Of a stretch of 64,000 nucleotides of DNA, positions 10,266 through 20,221 are shown one piece after another. Position numbers and translations under genes: made by a program. The notes beneath the pieces were generated by a model. It ran no database searches, had not been told where the DNA came from, and saw nothing but the letters and a program-made list of their open reading frames with translations. Each line of letters starts with the position of its first letter. Position 1 is the stretch's first letter. The stretch is from an uncultured bacterium (GTDB lineage Bacteria; Patescibacteriota; Patescibacteriia; UBA9570; XYC2-FULL-38-9). Location: the NCBI GenBank assembly GCA_937996685.1, contig CALKUP010000006.1, forward strand, positions 1-64,000. The letters are read 5' to 3'.

Positions 10266-11150
10266 AAATAATGCGAATTCCGGATACTGGGCGATAAACG
10301 ATTTGTAATCACGTGGGGTTTTTCCTTCCAGTTGCACAGTGTGGACTTCAATTGAATCTGTGTCTGCGTGATATGTAAGATCCAAAATCTTGATACGCTT
10401 GCCATTGATAATAGTAAAAATACCAGGCCATGGATGATATGCCCGGAATTTTCGATCAATCATGATCGGAGTATCCGTTGCCGTGATTTGGCCGTCTTCT
10501 TTTTTGAGTAAACCACACAAGATAGCACCGTCTTCTGGCTGAGGCGTAGGCATTTTTCCATGTTCAACTCGGTCTTTCAATGCTGTGATAAGCAGTTCAG
10601 CTCCTTTGGCGCTGTAGCGATCATGGAGAGTTTGAATGGTGTCTCGAGGTGAAAGAGGTTCACGATACTGCAACAAAACAGGACCAGTATCCATGCCCGC
10701 ATCCATTTGCATAATCGAAATACCAGACTCGGTATCGCCATGCAGCAGTGTTGATTGCATCGGGGATGCGCCGCGATATTTTGGCAACAATGATGGGTGT
10801 ACATTCACGCAACCAAAGCGGGGGATATCGAGGAGTTCTTGCGGTAAAATATTGCCGTAGACAACAAGAACAATCAGATCAGGTTGTAGAGCCGCAATGG
10901 CTTCAAGCGCAGCTGGTCCGTCAGCACTTTTTAAGCCGAGTCTCCGCGGCTGAAGTATCGGCACTTCTGGTAAGTGTTCTTGCGCCCATTGTTTCACAGC
11001 AGAAGCCGTGACAACTTGTTTGCGACCAACTGGTTTATCTGGTTGCGTTACAACCCCAACAACAGTGGTTTCAGCGGCTATTTTTTGTAAAGAAGGGACA
11101 GCAAAGTCCGGTGTTCCAAAAAAAATTGTCCGAGCAGATTTGAGATTCAT
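10260..11150 (-). CDS. fmt: Methionyl-tRNA formyltransferase
   Basis: FGTPDFAVPSL start, the HPSLLPKYRGASP formyltransferase motif and the C-terminal Fmt domain. Follows def. Confidence 0.9.
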   Translation of the reverse strand: MNLKSARTIFFGTPDFAVPSLQKIAAETTVVGVVTQPDKPVGRKQVVTASAVKQWAQEHLPEVPILQPRRLGLKSADGPAALEAIAALQPDLIVLVVYGNILPQELLDIPRFGCVNVHPSLLPKYRGASPMQSTLLHGDTESGISIMQMDAGMDTGPVLLQYREPLSPRDTIQTLHDRYSAKGAELLITALKDRVEHGKMPTPQPEDGAILCGLLKKEDGQITATDTPIMIDRKFRAYHPWPGIFTIINGKRIKILDLTYHADTDSIEVHTVQLEGKTPRDYKSFIAQYPEFALFL

Positions 11151-11159
11151 GCAACTATA

Positions 11160-11672
11160 TTAAAATGCGCGATGTGTTGAAATGGCGTTATCAATAAATA
11201 CACGGGCGAATAGGTGATCCATTTCATGTTGTAAAATACGAGCAAACATACCTTTTGCTTTAATATCAATCGGTTGTCCATTTCGTTGCAGTGCCTTAAT
11301 CCGAATTTTTGATGCACGTTCAATTGGTCCATAGATCCCAGGAACAGACAAGCAGCCTTCTTCTTGAATCGTGCTGCGGCCAGAAGCAGTAACAATGCGC
11401 GGATTAATCAACACAAGATGGTTATCATCAAGCAAATATTCGTCATCAACGTAGTCTTTTTCAATCACAATCACAGATACCGGGTCGCCAATTTGGCAAG
11501 CGGCAATTCCAATCCCTTGAAAATCAACCATGGCTGCAATCAGATGATCGAAGTATTGTTGCGACTCTGGAGTCAGAATAGCATCTTCATCAAATGGTTG
11601 AGAGAGTGTGCGTACGCTCGCATCAGCGTCAACAGTATGGATGCGAAATGGGTGGGTGTTTGTTGCGTGCAT
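11160..11672 (-). CDS. def: Peptide deformylase
   Basis: GIGIAACQIG, EGCLSVPG and HEMDHL metal-binding motifs. Confidence 0.9.
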   Translation of the reverse strand: MHATNTHPFRIHTVDADASVRTLSQPFDEDAILTPESQQYFDHLIAAMVDFQGIGIAACQIGDPVSVIVIEKDYVDDEYLLDDNHLVLINPRIVTASGRSTIQEEGCLSVPGIYGPIERASKIRIKALQRNGQPIDIKAKGMFARILQHEMDHLFARVFIDNAISTHRAF

Positions 11673-11699
11673 ATACAGCCTATCCTACGAAAAATACGG

Positions 11700-13277
11700 T
11701 TACTCGTCAACAACATCAATGATGCTTTGCGGGTCAATCCCTGCGATTTCTGGCCTTTCTGTAACCTTGAGGACATCAGTACTGTGTTGCGGGCGAATAA
11801 GCCAATAGCTCTGAGCAGGTGGTAGACGGAGCATTTTTCGCATTGCATATTCAGCGGTTAAAAAGCCCGGAACATCATTTTGTATAACCCGAGACCAGAG
11901 GGGGTGATGTGGAGCATGTGTTTGGATAATCAATGGTCGTGATTGATCCTGTAAGGCCACAAGAAGCTGAAATACGCGCTCTTCAGACTGATAATGAGGA
12001 AATGTCAGCAAGTGATCAACAGAGAGAACAATCACCGCTGTAAACGCACTCAAAGGGAGGACTCGCAAGACCTTCTCTGTCCCAATGATAATATCAGCGT
12101 CAATGGTAACACCCGTGAGATCAGTTGTTGAATCAATCCGTTGTATTCTTTTGCCTGGGAACGCTTGAGCAATTTCCGTTTCAAGTTGCACCGTACCTTT
12201 GCGGATGATTCGAATATCCGTCCCGTGGCAGCGGATACATGTTGTCGCTGTTGTTGGTGTGGTGTGTCCACAAGACTGACATGCCCCAATTGTCTGGAAG
12301 CCGATGCGGTTAAAAAATACAAAGACTTTTCCGTTTTGCGAAAGCGCGTCATGTGCAACATCAGAAAGCCAACCTTGTTTTGTAAAGTGGTTCATATCAA
12401 CGATCTGTACGGCCGGCAGATTTTTTGTCCGGCTATCCCGAAGTGTATATCGACCTTGCTCAACTTGTTTCCATGTCCAAACAGACGGTGTCTTGCTGAC
12501 AAGAAATAATTGCCGTATTGGCGAATGCCCTTGTTGCGCTAAAAAATCCGCAACTACACCAGCTCGATATCTCGGGTTGAGGTCATACTGCTTTAATGCT
12601 TTTTCGTGCTCATCATCAATGATAACGGTTGTATCAGACATGGCCAAAAATAGCGCTTTACGACTTCCGATAATAACAACTGCCTCGTTCGCTAGAATTT
12701 TTTCTTGAGCAGCTGTCCAGATCTTTTTGCTATGCGAACCAAACAAAGACAGGTAGGGGATGTTGTGTTGTTGGAAAAATTTCTCCCGTTCCTTTGCGAC
12801 ATATTCTTCTGGTTCGATCAGCAAGACCGTGCCTTGTTGCGCTTGAATTGTTTTTTGCAAAAAACCTTCACGATCTTCTTCTGTTTGAATAAGTACACAT
12901 TGAGGTTCAGGAATTACATCTCGCTCTGTTTCTTTTTGCATCTCAAAGAATGCTTTTTTTGTGTAGAGTTGATGGAGGGTATGAAATGCAGTTGGCAATG
13001 ACACGTAGTAGTAATCAGCAAACCAGCGTAAAAATTCAAGACGCTGAGGACTTGCCCATAGGCTATAGGACTCTTGCGAAAGTATATTTTTTGGTTTTTT
13101 TGCGACGGTTGTATCTTGGACAGAAGCAACAACACCGAGGCGCTCTGTATTGCGTAACGGTATTTTGACAAGCGAACCAGGAACAATTGACCCTATAAGG
13201 TCATCAGGAATGCCATAGTCAAAAAAATCAACCCCACGCGGGGTCTTTTGATACGGAATTACTGACGCATACTGCAT
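11700..13277 (-). CDS. priA: Primosomal protein N' (PriA helicase), compact form
   Basis: PriA-type N-terminus, DEHE helicase motif, Cys-rich zinc-binding insert (CQSCGH...CIRCHG). Conserved priA-def-fmt order. Confidence 0.8.
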   Translation of the reverse strand: MQYASVIPYQKTPRGVDFFDYGIPDDLIGSIVPGSLVKIPLRNTERLGVVASVQDTTVAKKPKNILSQESYSLWASPQRLEFLRWFADYYYVSLPTAFHTLHQLYTKKAFFEMQKETERDVIPEPQCVLIQTEEDREGFLQKTIQAQQGTVLLIEPEEYVAKEREKFFQQHNIPYLSLFGSHSKKIWTAAQEKILANEAVVIIGSRKALFLAMSDTTVIIDDEHEKALKQYDLNPRYRAGVVADFLAQQGHSPIRQLFLVSKTPSVWTWKQVEQGRYTLRDSRTKNLPAVQIVDMNHFTKQGWLSDVAHDALSQNGKVFVFFNRIGFQTIGACQSCGHTTPTTATTCIRCHGTDIRIIRKGTVQLETEIAQAFPGKRIQRIDSTTDLTGVTIDADIIIGTEKVLRVLPLSAFTAVIVLSVDHLLTFPHYQSEERVFQLLVALQDQSRPLIIQTHAPHHPLWSRVIQNDVPGFLTAEYAMRKMLRLPPAQSYWLIRPQHSTDVLKVTERPEIAGIDPQSIIDVVDE

Positions 13278-13293
13278 GAAAAAAAGAGGAATA

Positions 13294-14010
13294 TTAAGAC
13301 ATTGTCAGATCGGCAACAAGCATGAGGCCAGCGTCCGTATTTGTACTGCAAAGCAAACGAGAATTAAACTGTGTTCCATGAAAAGCCGAAAGAAAGGCGT
13401 GAATTGTCGTCTCTGATCTTCCGTCAATTGCCACTGGTTTTGTTGCTTGTAAATCTTTTAACGTGTTCTGTGTTACAGCTTTTTGTAATCCCACAAGAAA
13501 ATCAGAAGATTGATCGTCTGGAGTAATAGCTGCAACAAATGCAATTCGTGTATTTGCGCTTAATAAAGTCGACCCAAGCGCGTCTCCAAGTTTTACAATC
13601 TGAGAAAGAGGGAAGACCTCGGAGCTCAACGGAAGGCGCACATGAACGTATTTTGCATTCTGCAGATGACTTGAGATCCTTGTTAATGAAATAGCAACAT
13701 CAGAATCGATGTGCTCTGAAGCATCTAAGTACAACCAGTCACTGTGTCCACGATTTGCGCACTCAGATTTCATGTGCATGATGAGCTCGATGTCATTTTT
13801 CATGATACAGTTACCATCGGGTGTTTTTAAGCATTCAGCAATACTCACTGTTGCAACTGTGTCTGTTTCAGGGGCAGTATCCAATACAACGATGGTGTCA
13901 GGTCGCATAAAATAGAGCTCTCCTTCAATTTCAGAAAAAGCCGCTCGCAAATCAGGCGCTGTCGGCGCTGTTGTGAGTTGAGGAATAATACTGCCGTGAA
14001 CTATAGACAT
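13294..14010 (-). CDS. Hypothetical protein
   Basis: 238-aa ORF. The N-terminus MSIVHGSIIPQ resembles the HGS start of some class-III extradiol dioxygenase/LigB-like proteins, but I cannot confirm this. Confidence 0.4.
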   Translation of the reverse strand: MSIVHGSIIPQLTTAPTAPDLRAAFSEIEGELYFMRPDTIVVLDTAPETDTVATVSIAECLKTPDGNCIMKNDIELIMHMKSECANRGHSDWLYLDASEHIDSDVAISLTRISSHLQNAKYVHVRLPLSSEVFPLSQIVKLGDALGSTLLSANTRIAFVAAITPDDQSSDFLVGLQKAVTQNTLKDLQATKPVAIDGRSETTIHAFLSAFHGTQFNSRLLCSTNTDAGLMLVADLTMS

Positions 14011-14014
14011 ACAG

Positions 14015-15520
14015 TTATTTTTTCTTTGTAGCAGTACTTGTTTTTGTTTGTGCTTTTTTCACAGTAGCACTCGCTTTCTTCGTTGTTGTTTTCTTTTTGA
14101 GAGAAATTTTTGCGCCAGCTGGATGTAGGTTTAAGATTTTTTGGTCAACAACAATAACATTGGAAATTTTATATCCATAGGCATCGAATGCCGCACGAGA
14201 ATCGAATGCAAGGCGCTTACCTTTAGAAATCACGTAAATTGATTTTCCATTTTTTGTTCGAACAAGCGTTCCATCTCGAAGCAAAAGCGGTTGTTTGACT
14301 TTGAATGATGCGTATTTTTCAGCAGAAACTGTTTCAATACTCTTGAAACCTGTACCAAACTGATTATTTAAGATGTCTTTTGAGAAAATTGCATACCCTT
14401 TATTTTCTGGGGTAATCCATGCGAGCTCGCCAGTTGCTTGATTGCGGACAATTGCACCGTTTGGATAAGTTTGTTTTGAAGAGATGTTTTTTCCAGTCTT
14501 GTAACCAACGATTTCACGAGTCGCGACTGAAATAACTTCTGATGCCTGGAAGCCAGAGTTTTTGAATGATTCTCGGTCTTCAAATTCACGCAATGTGTCG
14601 CCAACAACAAGATATAACTTGGAGTCAGGGGTCTGAAGGATTGAGTAGTTCGGGAATGAAATTGGAGTACCGGTTTGATATTTATTAATGACAGTTGCTG
14701 GAACTTTGATAATTGATTGGTTTCCGTAATTCGCAAGCAAAGCACTTTTTGAATTAAATCTTCGCTTTTTACCACCTTGAATCAAATAGACTGTGTTTTC
14801 ATGTTGCAGCAATGTTCCAGATGGATAGGTAATACTCGGATTCCATTCTTGCCACAATTTTGAAAAGAGGGAATTCGCACCATACCGAGAACTTCCGCCG
14901 CCGTACGCACCAACCCATGGATTATATGTATAGAGGGCAGCTGTTGCATTATTTGTCGGAGTAACAGCAACGCCATCAGCAGTGACCTTTGTTTTTCCTG
15001 GGCCCCAACCGGAACGAGTCGTCCCGCGATTTTCTAAATCAGTCAGGTATCGATTACGAAATTGCCACCCAGCTGAATCAAATTGATTTGCAATGCCTTT
15101 ATATGTCGCTGCTTGTTTTGCGGTACAACTATCACAATACCCAAAACCAAGAATCCATTTGTCCATTGATGCAGTCACTCGAGAAGAGGTGACAGCACCT
15201 GACTCCTTTTGCGCTAATACTAAAAACAACATTGGGTTCAAGTTGTATCGTTTTGAGACGTTTGAAATAATATCAGAAACATAACGGTCTTTACCGTCAA
15301 CGTCTTTTGTTTTGTAATCAGCCAGCGCAGACCCTTTGCTGTCGAGAAACTCTCGAACGCCTTTTGCGCTCAAGTAATTCTTGTTTGTCATGTCAGTATC
15401 TGAAATGATGTAGTTTTTATCGAAAGAAAATGCGAGTGTTTGGTGCGGAGCAAACAAGGTGAATGCTGTCGCTGCAGCAAAAAGGGCCGCGTTCAATTTT
15501 TTCATTTTTGTGTACTTCAT
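14015..15520 (-). CDS. Secreted protein: signal peptide, ~230-aa N-domain, four ~55-aa internal repeats, Lys/Thr-rich C-terminal tail
   Basis: Signal peptide MKYTKMKKLNAALFAAATAFTLFAPHQTLA. Repeats of the type VYLIQGGKKRRF...F...GY, LYLVVGDTLREF, WITPENKGYAIF, IYVISKGKRLAF. Tail KKKTTTKKASATVKKAQTKTSTATKKK. Confidence 0.6.
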   Translation of the reverse strand: MKYTKMKKLNAALFAAATAFTLFAPHQTLAFSFDKNYIISDTDMTNKNYLSAKGVREFLDSKGSALADYKTKDVDGKDRYVSDIISNVSKRYNLNPMLFLVLAQKESGAVTSSRVTASMDKWILGFGYCDSCTAKQAATYKGIANQFDSAGWQFRNRYLTDLENRGTTRSGWGPGKTKVTADGVAVTPTNNATAALYTYNPWVGAYGGGSSRYGANSLFSKLWQEWNPSITYPSGTLLQHENTVYLIQGGKKRRFNSKSALLANYGNQSIIKVPATVINKYQTGTPISFPNYSILQTPDSKLYLVVGDTLREFEDRESFKNSGFQASEVISVATREIVGYKTGKNISSKQTYPNGAIVRNQATGELAWITPENKGYAIFSKDILNNQFGTGFKSIETVSAEKYASFKVKQPLLLRDGTLVRTKNGKSIYVISKGKRLAFDSRAAFDAYGYKISNVIVVDQKILNLHPAGAKISLKKKTTTKKASATVKKAQTKTSTATKKK

Positions 15521-15630
15521 AGTGTATATACTATACCATTTTTCAGAATAATCGACAACAAGACCGGCGCAATAATTGTTTATAAGTATGGTGGTTGCAA
15601 AAACAAGCTCTATTTGGCATACTAGGCGAC

Positions 15631-17151
15631 ATGACTACACAACATACCGACACAATCAGTCGCAAGGTACGAACTCGTTTCGCGCCTTCACCAACAGGCA
15701 GTTTGCATATCGGAGGCGCTAGAACCGCCTTGTTTGCATATCTATGGGCAAAACATAACAACGGAGACTTTTTATTACGCGTTGAAGACACCGATAAAGT
15801 ACGGGAAGTTCCTGGAAGTGGGGAAGAACAACGCGAAGGGTTGCGTTGGCTCGGCATTCAATGGGATGAAGGCCCAGAAGTTGGGGGAGAATATGGCCCG
15901 TATAAACAAAGTGAGCGCTTGGATATCTACAAAGAACATGCGCAAATACTACTAGATTCTGGGCATGCATATTATTGTTTTTGTACTCCAGAACGCTTAG
16001 ATCACATGCGTCGCGATCAACAAGCCCAAAAACTCCCGCCTCGATATGATCGACATTGCTTGACTCTGTCTGCTGAAGAAATTGCGAGCAAACAAGCAAA
16101 TAATGAAAAACATGTTGTGCGGTTAAAAATGCCGACTGAAGGGGCTGTTGTGGTTCGCGACATGGTTCGCGGTGAGCTAACATTTCAATACAAAGACATC
16201 GACGATCAAGTGTTGATGAAATCTGATGGATACCCAACATATCACCTTGCAAATGTGGTTGATGATCACCTCATGGAAATTACCGATGTTATCCGAGGGG
16301 AAGAGTGGCTCCCGTCAACACCGAAGCACATCTATCTCTATGAAGTATTTGGCTGGCAAGCACCAAGCTTTACCCATCTCACCGTTTTTTTGAGTAAGAA
16401 GGGCGGCAAAATGAGTAAGCGTGATGGAGAAACAGCGTTGCTTGCATTCCGGTCACTTGGGTATTTACCAGAAGCTGTTGTCAATTACAGTGCACTTCTT
16501 GGCTGGAACCCAAAGACCGAAGAAGAATTTTTTTCCATGAGTGACCTGATCGAAAAATTCGACTTATCAATGCTCAATGCAGGAAATCCGGTCTTTGAAA
16601 CTGAGAAACTCGACTGGCTGAATGCTCAGTACCTGAAGAAAAAAAGTGTTCAAGAATTTATTGAAGATATCCACACCTTTAAAAATCATGTAACAGGGGA
16701 GAATGGTGATAAAATTTCCGAATTTATTGAGTATTTTGAGTTTTTACCGATTCAAAAACAGGAGTCTATTTGGTCTTCTTTAAAAGAGCGAACAAAAAAA
16801 TTACTCGATGTTGTATCGGTCAATGAAGTACTCGCGGAACTCCCTGAATATGATGCAGAGCTCCTTGTATGGAAGAAGTCTACAAAGGAAGGCGCAATTG
16901 CAGCACTGACTGCTGTTATTGAGCAATTCAAAACAGTTGAGTCAGAGCATTTTATCGTTTCTGAGATTCAACCAGCAATTCTTGATTGGATCAAAACAAC
17001 AGAATGGGGGAACGGTGACGTATTGTGGCCAACACGTTTTGCTCTATCGGGCCTTGCGCAATCACCGTCACCATTTGAACTTGCTGAAATTCTTGGCAGA
17101 GAAGAATCAGTCCGTCGATTAGAGCTGGCTGTACAAAAATTACAGAGGTAG
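15631..17151 (+). CDS. gltX: Glutamyl-tRNA synthetase
   Basis: HIGH motif (PSPTGSLHIGGARTALF) and KMSKS motif (KMSKRDG). I chose the ATG at 15631; the longer ORF would begin at a TTG at 15595. Confidence 0.93.
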   Translation: MTTQHTDTISRKVRTRFAPSPTGSLHIGGARTALFAYLWAKHNNGDFLLRVEDTDKVREVPGSGEEQREGLRWLGIQWDEGPEVGGEYGPYKQSERLDIYKEHAQILLDSGHAYYCFCTPERLDHMRRDQQAQKLPPRYDRHCLTLSAEEIASKQANNEKHVVRLKMPTEGAVVVRDMVRGELTFQYKDIDDQVLMKSDGYPTYHLANVVDDHLMEITDVIRGEEWLPSTPKHIYLYEVFGWQAPSFTHLTVFLSKKGGKMSKRDGETALLAFRSLGYLPEAVVNYSALLGWNPKTEEEFFSMSDLIEKFDLSMLNAGNPVFETEKLDWLNAQYLKKKSVQEFIEDIHTFKNHVTGENGDKISEFIEYFEFLPIQKQESIWSSLKERTKKLLDVVSVNEVLAELPEYDAELLVWKKSTKEGAIAALTAVIEQFKTVESEHFIVSEIQPAILDWIKTTEWGNGDVLWPTRFALSGLAQSPSPFELAEILGREESVRRLELAVQKLQR

Positions 17152-17174
17152 CCACACCTCTGTTTACTAGCGAG

Positions 17175-17207
17175 AAAAATACCCTTGAGCGCGGGGGTAT
17201 TTTTTGT
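17175..17207 (+). terminator. Rho-independent terminator after gltX
   Basis: AAAATACCC-TTGAGCGCG-GGGGTATTTTTT: 8-9 bp stem followed by a T-run. Confidence 0.6.
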
Positions 17208-17222
17208 TATACTAAGGAGCAT

Positions 17223-18575
17223 ATGAATATCGTAAATACACAAAAATACAAGAAAACAGTCTATAGAATACTCCTTGGTCTATGCGTTATCGGCGCTACA
17301 CTTGGCGGAGCCCATCAAGTGCTAGCGACTCGTCTTGATAATGCTGTTTTCGATAATATCGTTAACCAAGAAATCAACAAAGATTCTTCCTTAACAACGT
17401 TGAATTCAGACATTGAACAAAAGGCAAAACAGGTGAGAGACATCGAAGAGAAGCTCAAAATCTATAAAGACAACTTAGAGAAAAAGCAACAAGAGAAATT
17501 TTCGCTCCAACAAGAAATTAGCACTATCGAAACCCGCATCGATAGCGCACAGGCAGATATTGGAAAGAACCAGACTGAGATTGATATTCTCGGGCTCGAA
17601 CTCCAGGTCCTTGAGAAGCAAATTACTGTTGCTGAAAATGATATTGAACGTCAAAAAGCTATTTTAAAAGGCGTTATCAAAGAACTGTACCTACGCGACA
17701 AGCAAAGTCCGTTTGAAATTGCGATGCAAAGTACAAATTTGTCTGATTTCTACTCAGAAGCAGAGTACACCAGTCGAATTCAGAAAGAAATGCAGGAAAC
17801 AGTCGATGCTGTACAAAAAAATAAAGATGATTTGAATCAGAAAAAAACCGAGCTTGCAGAAAAAAAATCAGGTGTCGCGAAAGAAACTGCTGATTTGCAA
17901 ACAAAAAAAGATCAACTCGAAGGGGATCAGGCATACAAAGGCCAACTTCTTGATCAAACAAAGCAGTCTGAAGAAGAGTTTCAAAAGCTTGTGAGTCAAG
18001 CAAAATCAGACCAAGCGCAAATGGAGGGCCAAATTTCAGGCTTGCAAACACAAGCGCAGTCTAAAATCAGTAAGATTAAAGCGGAGATACAAGCACGTTT
18101 AAGTGACGGGGATAAAACAAACGACACTTTAACAACAGAAGAAGAGGCTATTACAGAAAGCAAAACTGGCTTTATTTGGCCGATTCCTTCACGAACAATT
18201 ACATGCGGCTTTCATTGTGGTGGCTACCCATTCCAAAACTATATCGGGCCCCATTCAGGAATGGATATTGCGACACCAGTCGGCACGCCAATTAGAGCGG
18301 CTGCAGCGGGGTATGTTGCACGTGTTGTCTTTGATCCAGGCTCATCACGACTTGGCTGGATTATGATTGTTCATGGAGACGGCCTCGCTACCGTGTATAT
18401 GCATGTTAGCGGTGTAAACGTCACTGCAGATCAATTCGTGGCTCAAGGGCAGGTTATTGGACGCTCCGGTGGTCTCGCTGGCACGCCTGGATCAGGATTA
18501 TCAACTGGAGCTCATCTTCACTTTGAAGTCCGCTTAAATGGTATCCCAACAAACCCAGCAAGCTACTTGCCATAA
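17223..18575 (+). CDS. M23 (LytM) family peptidase with long N-terminal coiled coil (EnvC/PcsB-like architecture)
   Basis: AAGGAG RBS. Signal/TM, ~280-aa coiled coil, then an M23 domain with HSGMD (HxxxD) and HLHFE (HxH). Confidence 0.85.
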   Translation: MNIVNTQKYKKTVYRILLGLCVIGATLGGAHQVLATRLDNAVFDNIVNQEINKDSSLTTLNSDIEQKAKQVRDIEEKLKIYKDNLEKKQQEKFSLQQEISTIETRIDSAQADIGKNQTEIDILGLELQVLEKQITVAENDIERQKAILKGVIKELYLRDKQSPFEIAMQSTNLSDFYSEAEYTSRIQKEMQETVDAVQKNKDDLNQKKTELAEKKSGVAKETADLQTKKDQLEGDQAYKGQLLDQTKQSEEEFQKLVSQAKSDQAQMEGQISGLQTQAQSKISKIKAEIQARLSDGDKTNDTLTTEEEAITESKTGFIWPIPSRTITCGFHCGGYPFQNYIGPHSGMDIATPVGTPIRAAAAGYVARVVFDPGSSRLGWIMIVHGDGLATVYMHVSGVNVTADQFVAQGQVIGRSGGLAGTPGSGLSTGAHLHFEVRLNGIPTNPASYLP

Positions 18576-18621
18576 AAGGTCTTTGGGGACAAGGCAAGTC
18601 ACAATAATATAATACGCAGCA

Positions 18622-18650
18622 GGGGACGATAGACGTCCCTTTGTTGTATT
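18622..18650 (+). terminator. Putative intrinsic terminator after M23 peptidase gene
   Basis: GGGGACG-ATAGA-CGTCCC hairpin followed by TTTGTTGTATT. Confidence 0.45.
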
Positions 18651-18879
18651 CATGCATATCTCGGTCATCCAGAAGCATGGACTCAAGAGATGTGTAAGGA
18701 AGATAGCGGGGAAATAAAAAACTCTACATGATGCTCAAGAAAAAATATACGGCTGCAACACACACAACACCCGGTATTCATGAACAGACTTTTCGATTGC
18801 TCGAGTTGAAGGGAACACCGCAAATCGACCCTCTAGCGCGTTTGTATATGTGTCGCACAATATACCTTTTACGACTCTT

Positions 18880-18916
18880 TAATATCCAAAATAGAAAGGA
18901 TACTGCATATATCCTT
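18880..18916 (-). terminator. Putative intrinsic terminator after ftsQ-like gene
   Basis: On the minus strand: AAGGATA-TATGCAG-TATCCTT, then TCTATTTTGG. Confidence 0.45.
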
Positions 18917-18929
18917 CCATTTACGTATT

Positions 18930-20168
18930 TTATTTTATGTAGACTCTATCCGCGATGCGCACATCTACTGTCTTTGTTGTTCCTGACTGCACCTTCCCTT
19001 GTTGTGTCACAATCCGTAGTTGCTCTACCTGTTGTTCCATGTCTCGCATCGTATCAAACTTCACCTCTATGACACCCTTGCCATCTTTTTGGATCAACAC
19101 GTGAAGATCTGACGCTACTTGCACAAAGTCACACGCAACAACTTTATCAACCGTCGCCCATTCAAGTTTTTGCGGAACGGCAGTATTTGTCGCCACTGGC
19201 GCTTTTGTCTCCTGCTCTTCTTTTTTTACTTCTTCTAACGCCGCGAGACTTTCTTCAATGTCTAACTCGCCTTTTTTAAACTGCTCTTGAATAACACGTT
19301 TTTTTTCTTTAAATGCATCCGTGGTTGAATCAGTGATCGCATCGGCAAAAATTTGCTGCGCGACATATTCCTGTTCTTTGCAGGTCATGACTGGAAAAAC
19401 GAATGATTCAACATTCCACCCATTTTCCACTAACAGATCTTTAACCGCCATTAAATCGCTGAGATAGTCAGGATGAATAATTTGCCAACCGATCCCCAGT
19501 TGGGCTCTATTTTTATCGAAAATTTGAGGTAATTTTGTATCAACCTCATTTTTATTTGTTGTTTCTGCGGTAACAACGCCCTTATGATCAATTGTATAAT
19601 AATGATCAACTCCTCCAGCATCGCGTGTTGCCCAAATAACACTTGGAACACGCTCTGTAATTTGCACTTGTAACGTGTTTGGGTACTTTTTTGTGACCTG
19701 AATGTCTTCTGCAGCGAAATTATTTGCAAAACCAGATTTTAGTTGTCGGGTCACCGACGATTCCGAAATGGTCCAGTATCTATTTTTTGGGATTCCCAAG
19801 AATGAATCCTGCAGCAACGCGTTTGTTTTATCAATCACCTCTTGTTTTGGGATAAATTGAGTATCATTCACTGTAATATTTCGAAGTACAAATTGATCGC
19901 TTTGAAATACAATAATATACGCCCCTACTCCAAGAATTCCAAAAATACCAGCAAGAGCGAAGCCATCTTTTCGCATAAACGCATCAAACGCAATTCGAGC
20001 GTCTGTTTTTGTTTTTGGTGTCTGTGTTTTACGGAATTGATTTTTTTGTGCTGGTGTAACAAATTTTGTACTACGAGAAACAGCCCGCAAAGAGGCTTGT
20101 TGTTCCTTGAGTGACTGCATGCGAGCTGATTGTCGTCGCTTTTTGTATGCCTGTAATAATACCTTCAT
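18930..20168 (-). CDS. Cell division protein FtsQ/DivIB-like (POTRA + beta domain), extended C-terminal acidic/coiled region
   Basis: Basic cytoplasmic N-terminus, one TM (LAGIFGILGVGAYIIVF), then a POTRA-like FVLRNITVNDTQFIPKQEV segment. Confidence 0.55.
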   Translation of the reverse strand: MKVLLQAYKKRRQSARMQSLKEQQASLRAVSRSTKFVTPAQKNQFRKTQTPKTKTDARIAFDAFMRKDGFALAGIFGILGVGAYIIVFQSDQFVLRNITVNDTQFIPKQEVIDKTNALLQDSFLGIPKNRYWTISESSVTRQLKSGFANNFAAEDIQVTKKYPNTLQVQITERVPSVIWATRDAGGVDHYYTIDHKGVVTAETTNKNEVDTKLPQIFDKNRAQLGIGWQIIHPDYLSDLMAVKDLLVENGWNVESFVFPVMTCKEQEYVAQQIFADAITDSTTDAFKEKKRVIQEQFKKGELDIEESLAALEEVKKEEQETKAPVATNTAVPQKLEWATVDKVVACDFVQVASDLHVLIQKDGKGVIEVKFDTMRDMEQQVEQLRIVTQQGKVQSGTTKTVDVRIADRVYIK

Positions 20169-20221
20169 AGTACGTCCTTATAGTATAGAGATTTTTTAAC
20201 AAAATTGCTATACTCACCTAT

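Noticed and set aside
12050-13186. Multiple 70-130-aa ORFs on both strands inside priA
   Set aside because: They are all embedded in the priA coding region. priA has the expected N-terminal, DExH and zinc-finger features, so the alternatives are shadow ORFs.
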